Source: an uncultured virus (IMG/VR IMGVR_UViG_2876019154_000002) (lineage: Duplodnaviria; Heunggongvirae; Uroviricota; Caudoviricetes). From it: a stretch of DNA of 20,000 nucleotides. A program made the translations under genes and the position numbers. Positions 17,208-20,000 of the stretch are shown piece by piece. The stretch spans positions 52,159 to 72,158 of IMG/VR virus record IMGVR_UViG_2876019154_000002. One strand, written 5' to 3'. Each line of letters opens with the position of its first letter. Within the stretch, counting starts at the first letter, position 1. Below the pieces are notes generated by a model, which ran no database searches, was not told the DNA's origin, and saw only the letters and a list, made by a program, of their open reading frames with translations.

Positions 17208-17232
17208 ATAGAAAATGAAAAAATTTTCAAAT

Positions 17233-17254
17233 AGCTCTTTGTAGAGCTTTTTTT
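17233..17254 (+). terminator. Terminator of the cI-kinase-partner unit (timm-like)
   Basis: AGCTCT-TTGT-AGAGCT followed by a T-run. Confidence 0.75.
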
Positions 17255-17325
17255 ATCTTTACAAAATACAAAAAAACCAACATCTAATCAAAAAAACACC
17301 TCACCCAATAAAATACAGTTTTAAT

Positions 17326-17367
17326 ACAGTTTAAACTGTTTACTTTAAACAGTTTCATCTGTATAAT
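17326..17367 (+). promoter_or_regulatory. OL operators and PL promoter
   Basis: ACAG-N6-CTGT at 17326-17339 and 17349-17362; TTTACT (17339-17344)-17-TATAAT (17362-17367). Confidence 0.85.
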
Positions 17368-17678
17368 CATTTCATCAAAACAAATCAACTCATCAAAAAC
17401 TGGCATGACTAGAAGTTTTCAATCCGGTGATATGATTTGTAGTAGAAATATATGAATATACTACAGTTTTGATAGCAAATCGGATGTACGAGGTAATCAC
17501 TCTCGGCCTTTCGAGAAGCTTGTTAAATATAAATCGTTTAGGAAACAGATTGCTAATAAGTATTCAAATCAAAAACTAGTATAAAAGTGGACTTTTGTTG
17601 AGTGGATTAATAACAACAGGTGAGACAACAGTTTCTACATCCATTTGTCGCAGTAATCGGGCTTTATTCGAGGTAATC

Positions 17679-17843
17679 ATGACTAATAAGGATTTTGTCA
17701 AAATAAAAACTAAAGATAGGTTTCACAATGACTATCAACTAACTGATAGTGAAGTTAAGTTTGCCCTATTTTGTACCGCGATGGTTTTATTGAGTGTCAT
17801 ATTGGGCCTATTTTATATGACTTTATCGGTAACAACGAGGTGA
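17679..17843 (+). CDS. Small early-region membrane protein
   Basis: GAGG RBS before ATG 17679 (in frame with the track ORF from 17595); one C-terminal TM segment. Confidence 0.55.
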   Translation: MTNKDFVKIKTKDRFHNDYQLTDSEVKFALFCTAMVLLSVILGLFYMTLSVTTR

Positions 17844-17846
17844 TTT

Positions 17847-18119
17847 ATGTCGTTACAAAGAGCGGTAGAAAATCATTACCAAAGAGCATATTGCAAAATG
17901 ATGAATGATGCTGAAATGCAAGATGCTCGTGATAGTTGGATTGAAGATCGTGCAGAAGAGCTAATCAGAAATTTCGGTAATGACAATGATTGGCAAATTG
18001 TTGAACTACTAAAAATCAAGCTAGAAAGTAAAACTATTGATAATGATATCTATAACCAATTTATTGTTGATATCTGCTATTCACAGGCTAAGTATCAATT
18101 CGAGACTAACTACAAATGA
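17847..18119 (+). CDS. Hypothetical early phage protein
   Basis: 90 aa, GAGGTG RBS, ATGA-coupled to the recE remnant. Confidence 0.65.
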   Translation: MSLQRAVENHYQRAYCKMMNDAEMQDARDSWIEDRAEELIRNFGNDNDWQIVELLKIKLESKTIDNDIYNQFIVDICYSQAKYQFETNYK

Positions 18120-18450
18120 GCACTGGCATTTATTACGCCATATCTCATAAAAATTATCACTACGGTAAAAACCTCAGCAAATCACAACTAGGTAGTATAA
18201 AAGGATGTCCTGACTCTAGCTGTAAGTAAATTACCCTGTTAATACCAATAAGATAACAATATAAAACTTAAGCTTGGATGTTGCTTGCTGATTATCAGAA
18301 ACCGATGAATTGCCAGAGGACTTTTCAGTTAGTCGATCAATAAATAGATTAATTAAAATGGCCAAAGAAAAATACACTGAAGTAGTCAATCACCTAGCAT
18401 TACAAAACAAATTTATAGAAAATCATAACATTAGTGAAACTAATTAACTT
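18116..18450 (+). pseudogene. RecE/exonuclease VIII-like remnant (end approximate)
   Basis: MSTGIYYAISHKNYHYGKNLSKSQL resembles 'GIY..ISN..YH....SKSQL'; followed by stops and deletion. Confidence 0.65.
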
Positions 18451-18479
18451 AGTCAAGATTAACAATCAACGCTCATAAT

Positions 18480-19130
18480 GTACCCTATACACATAAGTTC
18501 GGAGCATATGGCAAAAATTCCATAATGATAATTAATCTGACATCAGCACTAGCAAGGCGAATATACAGAGATTTTAGCTACTATAGTGCAATGCTTGCTA
18601 TTAGATTTAGAATCCAATGTAACGCTAAACAAGTTTATTATCCTTTGGTCGTGATATATTTAAAGAAGGTAAATCAAACGTTCAATTGATTATTAGTTAT
18701 CGAGAGATGATTAACTTAGCCAGGCAATTAATTCGATTAAATAGTATATCAGTTAGAATGATCAGCAAGTGGCAATTTTCATTATCAATATGGCTTAACT
18801 CAAGATGTAAAACTCCAACCAAAAGCCGATGAGTTATCCTTAACTATTTTTGGTTTATGCGGTTGGACGATTTAAAATAAAGGTCTCCTATTTAGAATGA
18901 TAACATTGAATCACATTGAATCAATGCACAAGCAAACTAAGACTTGAGATAATAATCTACGCAAAACTCAGCGAAAAGAAATGACTAGAAAAAGTTAATA
19001 GAAAGCAATTTAAATATCAACCGGTTGTGGTAGCAATAGAAATACAACAATCGGTTATTTTCAATAAGAAAGCCGAAACTGAAATTGGCCAACATAATGC
19101 AATGATTTTAGATGCTACTTTTGTGTAGTT
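18480..19130 (+). pseudogene. recT: RecT recombinase remnant (bounds approximate)
   Basis: Fragments KSNVQLIISYREMINLARQ, FHYQYGL and RKQFKYQPV..AIEIQ, with many stops and frameshifts. Confidence 0.75.
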
Positions 19131-19159
19131 GCAACATAAAAAGAGAGTAACTTAGAGCA

Positions 19160-19500
19160 ATTAATCCAATTACATTGATGGGTAATAATGAAAAGAAATA
19201 AAAAAATTAACTGTGATTTAGAATAGCAAAAATATAGTAAGCTTAAGTACGACTGTTATACAAAGATATAGGAATAGGCTAAAACTTCTTGTTTAAATTA
19301 TCGAATGATTGGAAATAAGGCGAAAGGATTCTTTCAATACATTAAGAAAGGTGACCAAATAACTGTTAACGCTGACAACATCAAGGAAGAAGGGAAAGTG
19401 ATATCGGTAAACGACTATAGCCTTCAATCATAGTTGAGTAAATTCAGTTAGCGAAGAAATTTAAACAAAATAGACAAATAGAGCAACAATCACAATCTAA
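19160..19500 (+). pseudogene. Single-stranded DNA-binding protein remnant (bounds approximate)
   Basis: Fragments INPITLMGN and QYIKKGDQITV, located after recT. Confidence 0.5.
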
Positions 19501-19556
19501 AATAACTGAATCATCAAAGAATTTTATGATGATATTTTAGAGTTACTAAAGAATTC

Positions 19557-20000
19557 TTATTTTAAATCATTTTTTAACATCGCTAAACATTCGTTATTGT
19601 CGATAGTAATAGAAAATAAATATTTACCATTTTCTTCACTATACATGTATTCAAAAATTGCACCTTGAGATATTACTTTTTTGGTGTCTTCTTTAGTACA
19701 AAGTTGATTTCTTATATTTATAAAAAGCCTTTTCTTATCAAAATCTAATTCTTTATCTTCGATATCAAGATTAACAATTGTCATTTTGTAAACTAACTTA
19801 TTTTTATGCGCAATAGTTGTATTTAAAATAGTGAACTGATCTAACGGATATGGAGTCTTTTTATTTATCTCTTTTGAAAGAGAAAGCAATCCATTTTCAA
19901 TGCCTCTTTTATTAAACAGATCAAATTGATCTACAAAAAAGAAAACGGCTACCGAAAAAATAATAACCGCTAACCAATATCTGATTTTTTCAAACTTCAT
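19557..20000 (-). CDS. Membrane-anchored/exported protein, possibly PA3611/AspS-pilotin-like; probably a host gene
   Basis: N-terminal TM; 'INKKTPYPLD..T', 'NQLC', 'GAIFEYMY...G..L....I....C'. The ATG lies at the window edge. Confidence 0.55.
   Translation of the reverse strand: MKFEKIRYWLAVIIFSVAVFFFVDQFDLFNKRGIENGLLSLSKEINKKTPYPLDQFTILNTTIAHKNKLVYKMTIVNLDIEDKELDFDKKRLFINIRNQLCTKEDTKKVISQGAIFEYMYSEENGKYLFSITIDNNECLAMLKNDLK

Noticed and set aside
17500..17530. TCTCG/CGAGA hairpin plus a boxA-like stretch as a nut site
   Set aside because: Weak match and no recognisable N gene.

Overview
AT-rich window, probably from a gammaproteobacterium (Orbaceae/Gilliamella-like is a guess), holding a rearranged lambdoid prophage that looks domesticated. 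Intact parts: a 434-like cI/cro switch with OR/OL operators, replication initiator and DnaB helicase, Q antiterminator, a holin / M15 endolysin / spanin lysis cassette, and the start of a siphovirus tail (tube protein plus -1 frameshifting chaperones). Dead or deleted parts: terS, all head genes, the tail terminator, tfa, cII, recE/recT/ssb; no integrase is visible. The late control block (Q 3' end, PR'-like promoter, terminator, 72-aa ORF, antisense RHH gene) is duplicated, so one Q appears to serve two late promoters. One promoter precedes two large signal-less tailspike-type glycan enzymes (beta-helix + NAGPA; SGNH esterase). The other precedes lysis genes and a headless tail, making this an F-type tailocin candidate. 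A HipA-like kinase with a DUF3037-like partner sits in the rexAB slot and is a candidate anti-phage module. All family calls come from motifs read by eye; no searches were run.
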